Source: Halomicronema hongdechloris C2206
GTDB lineage: Bacteria > Cyanobacteriota > Cyanobacteriia > Phormidesmidales > Phormidesmidaceae
Assembly (NCBI RefSeq): GCF_002075285.3
Contig: NZ_CP021983.2
Span: forward strand, 1,650,001-1,682,000
Length of the DNA: 32,000 nt
Reading direction: 5' to 3'
Positions within the stretch are counted from its first letter, which is position 1; the number at the start of each line of letters is the position of its first letter. Of this stretch, positions 14,901-22,488 are shown piece by piece. The notes under the pieces were generated by a model. It saw only the letters and a program-made list of their open reading frames with translations, searched no databases and was not told where the DNA came from. Both the position numbers and the translations under genes were made by a program.

Positions 14901-15583
14901 AGGATGCTCGGCTGCAGGTACGATCGCTCGATGCTCAACAACCCAGCTACCCGCTACTGGGGCATACCCGCGCCATTAGTGCCCTGGCCATTAGCGCCGA
15001 CGATCGGTGGTTGGCCAGTGGCAGTCGCGATCGCACGGTGCGGCTCTGGAACCTGGAGACGGCCAGCGGCGTCATTACCCTTAAAGGCCATCACCGTCGC
15101 GTCCAGAGTCTTACCTTTAGCCCCGACGGCCAACACTTGTTAAGCGGTAGCCCCGATGGGGTAGTACGCCTCTGGCAGGTGGATAGCGGGGCTTGCCTAC
15201 AGGTATGGATGCCGCCGGGAGGCCTGCTTCATGGAGTGCTCTTTGACCGTCAGGGAGCCCCCCTGGCCATCACTAGCGATGACGCTGTCCTACAGCTGTG
15301 GTTGTTGCCATCGGCCACCCTCTACCAGCGCCTAACCGGTCATCGGCAGGCTATTTGGCAGGTTAGCCTCAGTAGCGATGGCCATTATCTGGCCAGTGCC
15401 AGCCAGGATGATGAAATTCGGATCTGGGACTTATGGCTAGGCAGTTGCCAGCAAACCCTGCGGCCCGATCGCCCCTACGAAGGGATGACTCTGCGCGATA
15501 GTCAAGGGCTTTCTGAGGCAGAACGCTTAATGCTAAGAGCCTTGGGTGCCGTGGATAGCCCTAATAGCCCCAAGGGAACCTAG
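11927..15583 (+). CDS. STAND-class signalling NTPase: N-terminal HTH-like cap, NB-ARC/AP-ATPase module, short pentapeptide-repeat spacer, 14 WD40 repeats (Apaf-1-like architecture)
   Basis: Walker A GRLGVGKT lies at nt 12410-12433 and Walker B LILVDN at 12629-12646. A GxP-type motif (DGIPLFL) and a winged-helix-like segment (EQEVMYWLALA) follow. The pentapeptide stretch SDFSDLAIWHADLQTVSLFGSNFTGANFQASVF spans 13559-13681. There are 14 WD blade ends, from LLLWRV to IRIWDL, and a C-terminal tail PYEGMTLRDSQGLSEAERLMLRALGA. Confidence 0.92.
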   Translation: MQELNDAFGISFQEALSTADAAVFRRFGKHLSTVEQIVLRGTWDQQTYEAMAEATAGYSDEYLKKDVGPKLWRKLTQALGESVGKRNVKAVLSRLTNGSNGASPAVEPTANSNGREMASPPLAVPPPGELRLDVSDFCGRTALVRELGRWITEQGRLMVLWGRLGVGKTLLAMKLREQVEAAFDTHIYLPLASPLAPEDFLDQLLRRLGIGDEGLQDWSQRLTCLMQALYHCRALILVDNAECLCHPSQLAGDYRPGYGRYRDLLHQLATILHRSCVIWISQEEPKEMRVLEGQKVRSHCLHGLTPADAITLLTRQSALKGDAADWTELVHRYDGIPLFLKDLTTTIEGLYEGRLEWFLGQPLLLTDRIRNLLQRQWHRLSPPEQEVMYWLALASAPVALEELQADLIGRNPSQLVALIESLQQRALCQRLETADASMALGLSPVVRVYVQQQFIQQVQAELLSHQLRLFHSHRLLQVTAADPIQARQRQEILIPLAEALREAWSDTLVDQIKSLQVLIHRQFQGQEGYSSGNLINLCHQLEIGLAGSDFSDLAIWHADLQTVSLFGSNFTGANFQASVFAKALGRELVLAFSPDNCHLATGDHEGQLLLWRVDDGSLDRVLVIQRESQATRALTFSPDGTTLAEGSADGRLWLWSLGNGYGADDLCSHTAAISALAFSGDGRYLASGDVTGCILIWELASGRSLQTLQGHQGAIQRLRFSNDGQWLVSSGEDHTAQCWQLTTGERRQGVQGRGIAQIKDVQFLDEVPEPSHPPSAIALGLEEHNLIVWDLSTGRPRWVVPSEADFTAVMALSGDGETVAHSRHNGSIELWAVAHQQRRYCLRDPNTLVTTLAFSQDGALLATAGDHRVNLWALSTGAGLRTLYCQRQPVNCFQVSSDGQWLTTGHRDQGIRLWQMATGQFAVQFQPGVSQARPVQVMTANRDWLASGGEDHAVRLWSIDRPDACQSWLDHDAPVTALSLSPQGRWLVSGGEDARLQVRSLDAQQPSYPLLGHTRAISALAISADDRWLASGSRDRTVRLWNLETASGVITLKGHHRRVQSLTFSPDGQHLLSGSPDGVVRLWQVDSGACLQVWMPPGGLLHGVLFDRQGAPLAITSDDAVLQLWLLPSATLYQRLTGHRQAIWQVSLSSDGHYLASASQDDEIRIWDLWLGSCQQTLRPDRPYEGMTLRDSQGLSEAERLMLRALGAVDSPNSPKGT
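13682..15433 (+). repeat. Array of 14 WD40 repeat units (coding), i.e. two predicted 7-bladed beta-propellers
   Basis: The ~40-aa periodicity shows recurring (F/L)SPDG..LA(S/T)G..D..(I/V)RLW motifs; I counted 14 blade-terminal W-containing hexamers. Confidence 0.85.
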
Positions 15584-15739
15584 CCACTTGAAAAAGTGTC
15601 CTATGTGTATTTACGGACTCGGCTCGCGCCCGTACAATTTTGGCAATGTTGGTGATGGCTCGCCCGCTGTTGTCCTGTTTGATATCGCTGTCCTCGGGAT
15701 GAGGCATCACAGCTGCTGTTGATAAGGTCGCTGTGTGCT

Positions 15740-16990
15740 ATGGACTCCTGGGATTCTTTTTCTCACTACAGTAATTCGTCGTCAAATGGCTTGGAAGAGC
15801 GGCTGTACCAACACTTACAGCACTGCCGTCAGCAACAGCCTCCCCACCGAGTGATTGACCGGTTTCATCAACTCTTTATCGAAGCCGAAGGGTACGTGGA
15901 TGGAGCCATCTGGGCTACGCTAGGGGAAATTGTGCGGCGTCCCCAGGCCCCCCGTGAATTCAAGTACACCCTCAATCGCTGCTGCTATACCCTAATCAAT
16001 CCCTGGTACACCCAACCGCGGGATCACTGGGCGATTCCAGAATTAATTAGCCAGTTTCAGTCCCTGCCCCCAGCCCCTGGTTCTACGGCCATGGCTCGCC
16101 GAGTCCGGCAACTGGTACAGGGGTTTACGCAATCGGAGCAGTACGCGTCCTTGTACCGACTACAGCAAATTTTCACCGAGGCTGGTACTGTGGTGGCGGC
16201 AGATGCCGATGACGAGAAGCCCTTGAGCTGTTTCATTCGTAATTACCCCTATCTCTACGATCACAGTTTGCTGACCAAGGATAGTGATGAGGCCCAGAAG
16301 CAAAACATCCAGGACATGCGCCGCCGCCAGGAAACGCAGCTAGGGGTGAGACTGGCTCGCTACCACAGTCAGAATCGTCAGGACAGCCGCCAGGGGCCAC
16401 GGCAAAATCCCACCTGGCTGAGCGATGATCACCTTAGCCAGGCCCTGAGTTACTACACGGGTAAGGTGGATGGTCCCCGCAGCCATCGGGATCTGGCCTC
16501 TTGGTTTACCGCCTTTAGTCGCTCGGTGCGGTCCTTTGCTGACTTTAAAGAGGAGTTCTGTGAGTACCTCATGGGGCCAGTGGTGGCGGTGGAGCCCAAG
16601 TACAGCGGCAACCACTTCACCCGCCGACTGCGGCAATGCCTGGGGGAGATTTTATCGGAATTTGACGATCAGCGATTGACGCCGTTTCTGGTGGTGGAAC
16701 TCTGCCGACGACTGCTGAACTTTTTGGTGGTGGATAATCCCCGACGTCCCGTCTTCCGTAACTTTACCCACTTAATCAATGACATTGGCTATGCGCTGAC
16801 GGTGGGGCTGCTGCTGCGGTTGGTGCTGTTTTGCAAGTCGGCTAAACCCTGGTTAGAGCGATGCTTTGCGGTGCTGTTCAATTACCATGAGCAGTTGCCT
16901 CGCCAGCAGGTGGGCTGGCTGGTGCAGGGGCTAGAGCATGTTAATGTGGCGCTGATCACGAATTTTGGTGAGTTTGGTTATCAGTTCTAA
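15740..16990 (+). CDS. Hypothetical protein (416 aa from ATG 15740), no domain recognised by eye; the C-terminal third is hydrophobic/helical
   Basis: A long ORF with protein-like composition (…FKYTLNRCCYTLINPWYTQPRDHW…NYPYLYDHSLL…LLNFLVVDNPRRPVFRNFTHLINDIGYALTVGLLLRLVLF…). It is on the same strand as the STAND gene, 156 nt downstream. The ORF-track start TTG 15719 is less likely. Confidence 0.7.
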   Translation: MDSWDSFSHYSNSSSNGLEERLYQHLQHCRQQQPPHRVIDRFHQLFIEAEGYVDGAIWATLGEIVRRPQAPREFKYTLNRCCYTLINPWYTQPRDHWAIPELISQFQSLPPAPGSTAMARRVRQLVQGFTQSEQYASLYRLQQIFTEAGTVVAADADDEKPLSCFIRNYPYLYDHSLLTKDSDEAQKQNIQDMRRRQETQLGVRLARYHSQNRQDSRQGPRQNPTWLSDDHLSQALSYYTGKVDGPRSHRDLASWFTAFSRSVRSFADFKEEFCEYLMGPVVAVEPKYSGNHFTRRLRQCLGEILSEFDDQRLTPFLVVELCRRLLNFLVVDNPRRPVFRNFTHLINDIGYALTVGLLLRLVLFCKSAKPWLERCFAVLFNYHEQLPRQQVGWLVQGLEHVNVALITNFGEFGYQF

Positions 16991-17078
16991 CTCTCCCTTG
17001 TCTTGAGGAAACGCGTTAGCGAGGGCTGGACTCGGTATACACTGAGGCTGAGTAGAAGTCGAGTACGGGAGTGCACGG

Positions 17079-18644
17079 GTGATCAAGGGATGGCGGCGCT
17101 GGGGCTATGGTGCGATCGCATTGCTCCTAGTCTTTGGCATTGGCATCCGCATACTCCATCTCGACCGCAAGGTCTACTGGCACGACGAGGTATTTACCAG
17201 CCTGCGGGTGGCCGGCTATCTGGGCTCTGCTGTGGAAGCTGACGTGTTCACTGGCGAGTCCCTGACCGCGGCTGACCTACTCACCTACCAGCGCCTTAGC
17301 CCCGAGCGTTCCTGGCGAGACACCCTCACCGCCCTGGCCGATCACCCTGAACATACTCCCCTGTATTACCTACTAGCGCGGGGCTGGGTATCGCTCTGGG
17401 GCAGTTCCGTTGCCGCCTTTCGTAGCCTATCGGTGGTCTTTAGCCTCCTGGCCCTACCCTGTGGCTTTCTCTTGGCCCGTACCTTATTGGGCCCCGGTCT
17501 GGCTTCCTGGTTATTTCTGGGTCTGTTGGCTGTCTCGCCGGTGCATGTGCTCTACGGCCAAGAGGCCCGGGAGTACAGCCTCTGGGTCCTCACCATCATC
17601 CTGTCCAGTACGGCCCTACTGCAGGCGGTGAAGCCTGGTCGTAGCTGGCATTGGGTGAGCTATAGCCTCACCCTGGCTCTGGGATTCTACGCCTCGCTCC
17701 TAACCGGGTTAGTTGCCCTGGCCCATGGAGTCTACCTGGTTCTGACTCAACGATCACGGCAATGGTTGGGCTATTTGGCCGCGGGCTGCGGCGCCCTGAT
17801 GCTGCTCAGCCCCTGGCTCGGGGTCATGCTGGTGCAATGGATGCGGTTAGAAACCGTCACCGCCTGGACCGCAGAGAGTCGTCCCTGGGACTTTCTGGCC
17901 AAACTCTGGGGCCTACACTACAGCGCTGCCTTTGTTGATCCGGGCTTACCCCTAGAGCATCCCTACACCTACATTGCCCCCCCCCTGATCGGGGTGCTGT
18001 TGCTGTTGAGCAGCATGGGGCTTCTTAACCGCCAGCCCTATGCCGTGAGCGCCTTTGTGCTCTGCCTCACGCTGGTGCCTGGCGGGATCCTGATTCTGAC
18101 TGATCTGCTGCGGAGCGGCCAGATTTCCGGCACCACCCGCTACTTTTTCCCCGCCCTGATTGGTGCTCAACTGCTAGTGGCCCAGGGCTTAGCCTCACTG
18201 CTGACAGCCCCCACCGCCCTCAGCCGCCAAGTGGGACGAGTGCTTACCATAGCCCTATTGGTGGCCGGCGGCACTTCCTGTCTGATTAGTGCCCAGGCCT
18301 ACACCTGGTGGAGTAAAGGGGTGAGTTACGCCAACCCCTTCATTGCCGACTACATCAACCAGGCCCCCCAACCCCTGATCATGGGCCACTCCTACGCCAC
18401 CGCCCTGGGTGATGCCATTTCCCTCAGCTACGATCTGGAACCAGACACCTCTTGGCGCCTGACTCGCCTGCCCCAGATGCCAGTCCCCTCTGCCGACGCC
18501 GAGACCATTTTTCTCTTCAAACCCCGGCAAGACTTCCTGGAGGCAGCCGCCCATGCCTACAGTGCCGCCCCCCAAGCCATCGACACCGATCGGGTCTATG
18601 GGCTCTGGCAATTGCCTACCCCTTCGCTACCGACAACGCCTTGA
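17079..18644 (+). CDS. GT-C fold membrane glycosyltransferase, family 39 / ArnT-PMT_2-like
   Basis: It is multi-TM throughout. The first loop motif YWHDEVFTS and then HPEHTPLYYLLARGW are typical of GT39/ArnT-like enzymes. It has a GTG start. Confidence 0.8.
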   Translation: MIKGWRRWGYGAIALLLVFGIGIRILHLDRKVYWHDEVFTSLRVAGYLGSAVEADVFTGESLTAADLLTYQRLSPERSWRDTLTALADHPEHTPLYYLLARGWVSLWGSSVAAFRSLSVVFSLLALPCGFLLARTLLGPGLASWLFLGLLAVSPVHVLYGQEAREYSLWVLTIILSSTALLQAVKPGRSWHWVSYSLTLALGFYASLLTGLVALAHGVYLVLTQRSRQWLGYLAAGCGALMLLSPWLGVMLVQWMRLETVTAWTAESRPWDFLAKLWGLHYSAAFVDPGLPLEHPYTYIAPPLIGVLLLLSSMGLLNRQPYAVSAFVLCLTLVPGGILILTDLLRSGQISGTTRYFFPALIGAQLLVAQGLASLLTAPTALSRQVGRVLTIALLVAGGTSCLISAQAYTWWSKGVSYANPFIADYINQAPQPLIMGHSYATALGDAISLSYDLEPDTSWRLTRLPQMPVPSADAETIFLFKPRQDFLEAAAHAYSAAPQAIDTDRVYGLWQLPTPSLPTTP

Positions 18645-20871
18645 CCCGGATGTCACCGGTCAGTATGCGGGGCTGGAACAACACCTTGAATAACAGCCCC
18701 AAAGACGCCCACTCACCAGGGCTATCCCAGCGTTTCCATTGGCCGGGCCGGCAAAATAACTCCTCGATTAACTGGCGTCGCTGGTCCAGGGGGAGTTCTC
18801 CAAACTGCACCCGAATGCAGGGAAATTCGCCAGTGTCCCCCCCGGCGATGATCTGGCCAGGCAAGGTCAGTCCGGTCTCAGCAATGGTCAGGGTGACGGC
18901 AATAGGGGCATCACCCTGCAGCGCAGCAGGGCCCCGTTGCGTCAGTTCCACCTGGACCCCACCCTCAGACATCATGGTGGTGATGCCCCACCAGGTCTGC
19001 TCAGAGCCTTGGCAGCGGAGACGCACAACCCGTCGCAGATCAAACCAAACATGGGGATCGGGGCGGGGCACATCTAGGAGAATCAACAGAGCGATACCCA
19101 CCATTAGCAGATTATAGGTGCTCCAGATCCAACCCAGGGCAATGCCTCTGAGGTGCTCTCCACTCCAGCCCATGTCTAGGCACCAGCCTAGGTTGCGCCA
19201 CAGACTCAAGGCGGTCAGGACAAACAACACCATCAAGGGCCAAGCTAAGGACCAGTTGAAGCGAAACCGTTGGTTAGCCGTGCCTTTAGGCGTCACCTTG
19301 AATCCCTTAGCGAAGGGGTGCAACATGGCTTGGATGACGGTGATGGCCAACGGAAAGACCAACACTAGGGCATAAATATCGCTCAATAGGGCCGAACGCG
19401 AGCGCTCGTTGAGCCAGCTAAATACCGTCAATTGGACCAGATAGTAAGGAACGAAGAAATACATGACTTCCTCGACGCTGGCCTGGACCGGAATAACGCC
19501 GATGGAATAGACCAGGGGCATCAGTAGAAAGACAATGCGGGGAATGCTGCTGAACCAGTGCAACAATCCCTCCAGATGGCCCAAGCGCTGCCAGATGGTG
19601 AGGCCGGAAATAGTGAGCGGGTTAGCGTCGATGAAGAAGGCCTGCAAGGTGCCCCGGGCCCAGCGCAGCCGTTGGGAGGCATGGGCGGCGATGTTTTCGG
19701 CGGCTAGGCCGGCACTGAGCTTTTCGTCTAGATAAATCACCTGGTTGCCCTGGGCCGCCAGCCGCACGGCAGTAAAATAATCTTCGCTGAGGGACTCGGT
19801 GACGAAGCCCCCGGTTGCCACCAAACTGGAGCGCCTGACCACAAAGGAGGTGCCAGAACAGACGACGCTGCCGGCCCCGTCTCGCATGGGTTGAATCTGC
19901 CGGTAGAAGACTTCCTCCTCCGGAGTGAGAACGTCTTCCAGCCCCAGGTTGCGGGCGATGGGGTCGGGATTGTAGAAACTCTGGGGGGTTTGCACCAGGG
20001 CGACGGTGGGATCCTGGAAGAAGCCCGGGGTACGGCGCAGGAAGTTGCGAGTGGGGACGAAGTCGGCGTCGAAGCAGGCGATCAATTCCCCCTGGGTATG
20101 GGCAATGGCGTGGTTGAGGTTACCGGCCTTGGCGTGGCGATTGTCGGGGCGGGTGAGGTATGCACACCCGAGTTCTGCGGCCAGGGCCTGAATGGCGGGA
20201 CGACGGGTATCGTCCAGTAAGTACACTGTCTTGCGGGGATAGTCCATGGCCTGGCAGCCGATGACAGTGCGCCGCAAAATAAAGTCTGGCTCGTCGTAGG
20301 TGGGAATCAGCACATCCACCGAGGGCAGGTATCGGCCGGCGCAGATGTCTTGCTCCAGTTGATCGGCCTGGCGCTGCCGATTGCGGACCCGCAGCAGCAA
20401 CACCAGCTGAATGATGCTGCCCAACAGGGCCATCATCTCCATGAAAAATAGGATCAGGCTGGCAGTGCCCTGCAACGGTGTGGAGAGGTTCAGGGTAGAT
20501 AGACTGCGCCAGACCAGGTAACGCCCCACTAGCAGCAGCAGGATGGTGACGATGACCAGGCGAGACCAAGGGCGAGGACGAGGGGAAATGCGGGTGATGC
20601 CATAGGCCAGTAGTAGCAGGATCACTGTGGGCGCCAGCAGGTAATTGCCTGCCACCATGGGCACCTCTGCCCACACCGGTGGATCTTGTTGAATGGCCTG
20701 CAGCTGGTTGAAGATGGCGCTGATGCGAGCTTCCCCGGCAAACCAGGCGATGACGATGGCGGCGGCAGCGAGGATCGTCGTAACCATCGCCAAGGTGGCC
20801 CGGCGCACCCTGAGAGCCAGACGGACCGTAGGACTGGCAGGGGTTGATTGCTGTGGCGGAGTCAGCGTCAT
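18616..20871 (-). CDS. bcsA: Cellulose synthase catalytic subunit-like GT2 processive glycosyltransferase with a C-terminal PilZ-like domain (BcsA type)
   Basis: GT2 motifs are DVLIPTYDEP, YLLDDTRRP, HAKAGNLNHAI, FDADFVP, QTPQSF, SEDYFT and QRLRWARG (QxxRW). The PilZ-like C-terminus has RRVVR then MMSEGG. I preferred the ATG at 20871 over GTG 20931. Confidence 0.9.
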   Translation of the reverse strand: MTLTPPQQSTPASPTVRLALRVRRATLAMVTTILAAAAIVIAWFAGEARISAIFNQLQAIQQDPPVWAEVPMVAGNYLLAPTVILLLLAYGITRISPRPRPWSRLVIVTILLLLVGRYLVWRSLSTLNLSTPLQGTASLILFFMEMMALLGSIIQLVLLLRVRNRQRQADQLEQDICAGRYLPSVDVLIPTYDEPDFILRRTVIGCQAMDYPRKTVYLLDDTRRPAIQALAAELGCAYLTRPDNRHAKAGNLNHAIAHTQGELIACFDADFVPTRNFLRRTPGFFQDPTVALVQTPQSFYNPDPIARNLGLEDVLTPEEEVFYRQIQPMRDGAGSVVCSGTSFVVRRSSLVATGGFVTESLSEDYFTAVRLAAQGNQVIYLDEKLSAGLAAENIAAHASQRLRWARGTLQAFFIDANPLTISGLTIWQRLGHLEGLLHWFSSIPRIVFLLMPLVYSIGVIPVQASVEEVMYFFVPYYLVQLTVFSWLNERSRSALLSDIYALVLVFPLAITVIQAMLHPFAKGFKVTPKGTANQRFRFNWSLAWPLMVLFVLTALSLWRNLGWCLDMGWSGEHLRGIALGWIWSTYNLLMVGIALLILLDVPRPDPHVWFDLRRVVRLRCQGSEQTWWGITTMMSEGGVQVELTQRGPAALQGDAPIAVTLTIAETGLTLPGQIIAGGDTGEFPCIRVQFGELPLDQRRQLIEELFCRPGQWKRWDSPGEWASLGLLFKVLFQPRILTGDIRVKALSVAKG

Positions 20872-21100
20872 AGGGCAATGGTGATGTAGGGCAGTGAAGA
20901 CGGGCAAGAAGACCAGCGTCAGGGGGTCCACGTTGGTTGTACCCCGTGCTCTAGGAGGTTGCCTGAGAGCTGTTTAAGATCCTGCTGAGAACGCGATCGC
21001 ATGTCTGCCTCAATATTGCCTATTGTCTCGGCGCTGGCTACCTGGATGCGGCGGGAAGTTAAGGCGTTGCCAGATGGCATCGGGCTGGCACTGGTGGCGT

Positions 21101-21120
21101 GAAGAACTTAGAAGAACTTA
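21101..21120 (+). repeat. Perfect 10-bp tandem duplication GAAGAACTTA x2 inside the long ORF-free region
   Basis: 21101-21110 equals 21111-21120. Confidence 0.9.
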
Positions 21121-21472
21121 TCTGATTCACCATCGTCTTTCACTCCAGGTTGTGATGGCGGCTACGCTGGTCTAGCTCCGAGTCCTGGGGACTGTCTGGC
21201 CCACGACTGCTAGGGGGTAATGGCGGTTGCCAAGGGGGCCTGGCCTTGCGGCAGTCTTCATCAATCTGTAAAAGGTAGCGGATTTAACCAAGGACCCAGT
21301 GTTAAGTAGTAGATAGGGGAGATATTAAAGAACTGTTTTGGACTTCGTACGGCATTTCCCGGCTGGGTGAGGGACAGCCTATCTCCTGAGGCCGATGGGG
21401 CATGACCCTCCTCGTCCCCCACTAGGTTCAGAAACGCCATATAGGAGTCAGCTCATTACTTCGTTTGACGAC

Positions 21473-22379
21473 ATGATGATAGGACGACATTATTTTCAGG
21501 TAACTGGTTCGGTGCAGTGGCGGCTAGCGCTGCCGCTAGTCTTGATGCCGATGATGGGGCTAACGCTGCCTAGCGCCCAGGCAGAGCCAATGCCACCTAG
21601 GCCTATGACTCCGACCCAAGTAGCCCAGGCGCGCTCCCTTGGTGCCGCCACGACCTGAGCCAGTTCCCGATGCGATCGCACCCGACCCCGATGGCATCAT
21701 TGGTCTCACGCCAGATAGCGATGACCACATCGGCATGGGCCATCTGCGCCCAGCCGATCTGTCTCAACTACAGGCTGAGGACAGCACGGAGTCTGCCCTC
21801 AGCCAAGCCGACTGGCTAGGGGCAATTGCCCTGCCCATCTATGCCGAGCCCGGCAGCGATCCCTGGGGCTGGCTGATCAATGGTTGGCTCATCCCCAACG
21901 GGGGCGACCCCATCGCCATTGGCCGCGATGCTGCCTTCTCCATGCTGCAGACCGATGACGCCCTGTTCTCGTTTCCGGTGCTGATCCGGCGGGCTGATGG
22001 CTGGTTTCAGTTTCAGTACACCCCCGCCGGCTACGCCTGGGCCCATACCGATCACCTCGCCCTAGGGCAGATTGAGCTGACCGTGGAGCCCTGGAGTGAC
22101 CACTTTTTACAGTCAGAATGGGTGCGCTATCGCAACCCTGGTATTTCCCTGCCCCTGCGCGACGAACCCAACGGCAACGGGGCGATGGTGCTCCTGGTCG
22201 GCCCCAACAGCTATATCGAACCCCTCGATTTCGAGGGAGACTGGATGCGGGTGCGAGTGACCCAGCCGGTGGAAGGCTGTGATCCTGGTCCTGGAGCCCG
22301 CACGGAGGAGGGCTGGATGCGCTGGCGCGACCAGAATGACAATTCCCGCATTTGGCATAGCCCTACCCTGTGCTCGTGA
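21473..22379 (+). pseudogene. Secreted protein with a C-terminal SH3b-like domain, apparently split by a +1 frameshift between its signal peptide/Pro-rich linker (21473-21658) and its body (21639-22379)
   Basis: ORF1 is MMIGRHYFQVTGSVQWRLALPLVLMPMMGLTLPSAQA/EPMPPRPMTP... (signal peptide with AQA cleavage-type site). ORF2 starts in another Pro-rich linker (VPPRPEPVPDAIAPD), has no signal peptide, and ends with an SH3b-like segment (...IEPLDFEGDWMRVRV...EEGWMRW). The frames overlap at 21624-21658. Confidence 0.5.
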
Positions 22380-22488
22380 GTCTGGGCCAGAGCCGGCTAT
22401 GGGGCCACCGGAGGTGACCTGGAGTGTTCTCGCCCAAAGGATTGGGCCGGTGCTATAGACTGAACTATCAGGACTCCGGAAACCTGCC

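Noticed and set aside
15585-15598. Hairpin CACTT-GAAA-AAGTG right after the STAND stop as an intrinsic terminator
   Set aside because: It has only a 5-bp AT-rich stem and no following U-tract (tcctatgtg). That is too weak to call.
20120-20878. 252-aa Pro/Gly/His/Arg-rich ORF overlapping the cellulose synthase gene in another frame (also 18452-19117, 12097-12486, 24256-24789 and 8358-8762 inside other genes)
   Set aside because: These are off-frame or antisense ORFs in GC-rich coding DNA with biased composition and no motifs. The overlapped genes have unambiguous family signatures.
20932-21394. Possible c-di-GMP riboswitch in the leader of the PilZ cellulose synthase gene
   Set aside because: On the minus strand I found CCGCAAGGCC and GGCAACCGCC, which vaguely resemble the ACGCAAAGC and GGCAAACC elements of GEMM-I. 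They are in the wrong order and lack the surrounding helices, so this is not supportable by eye.
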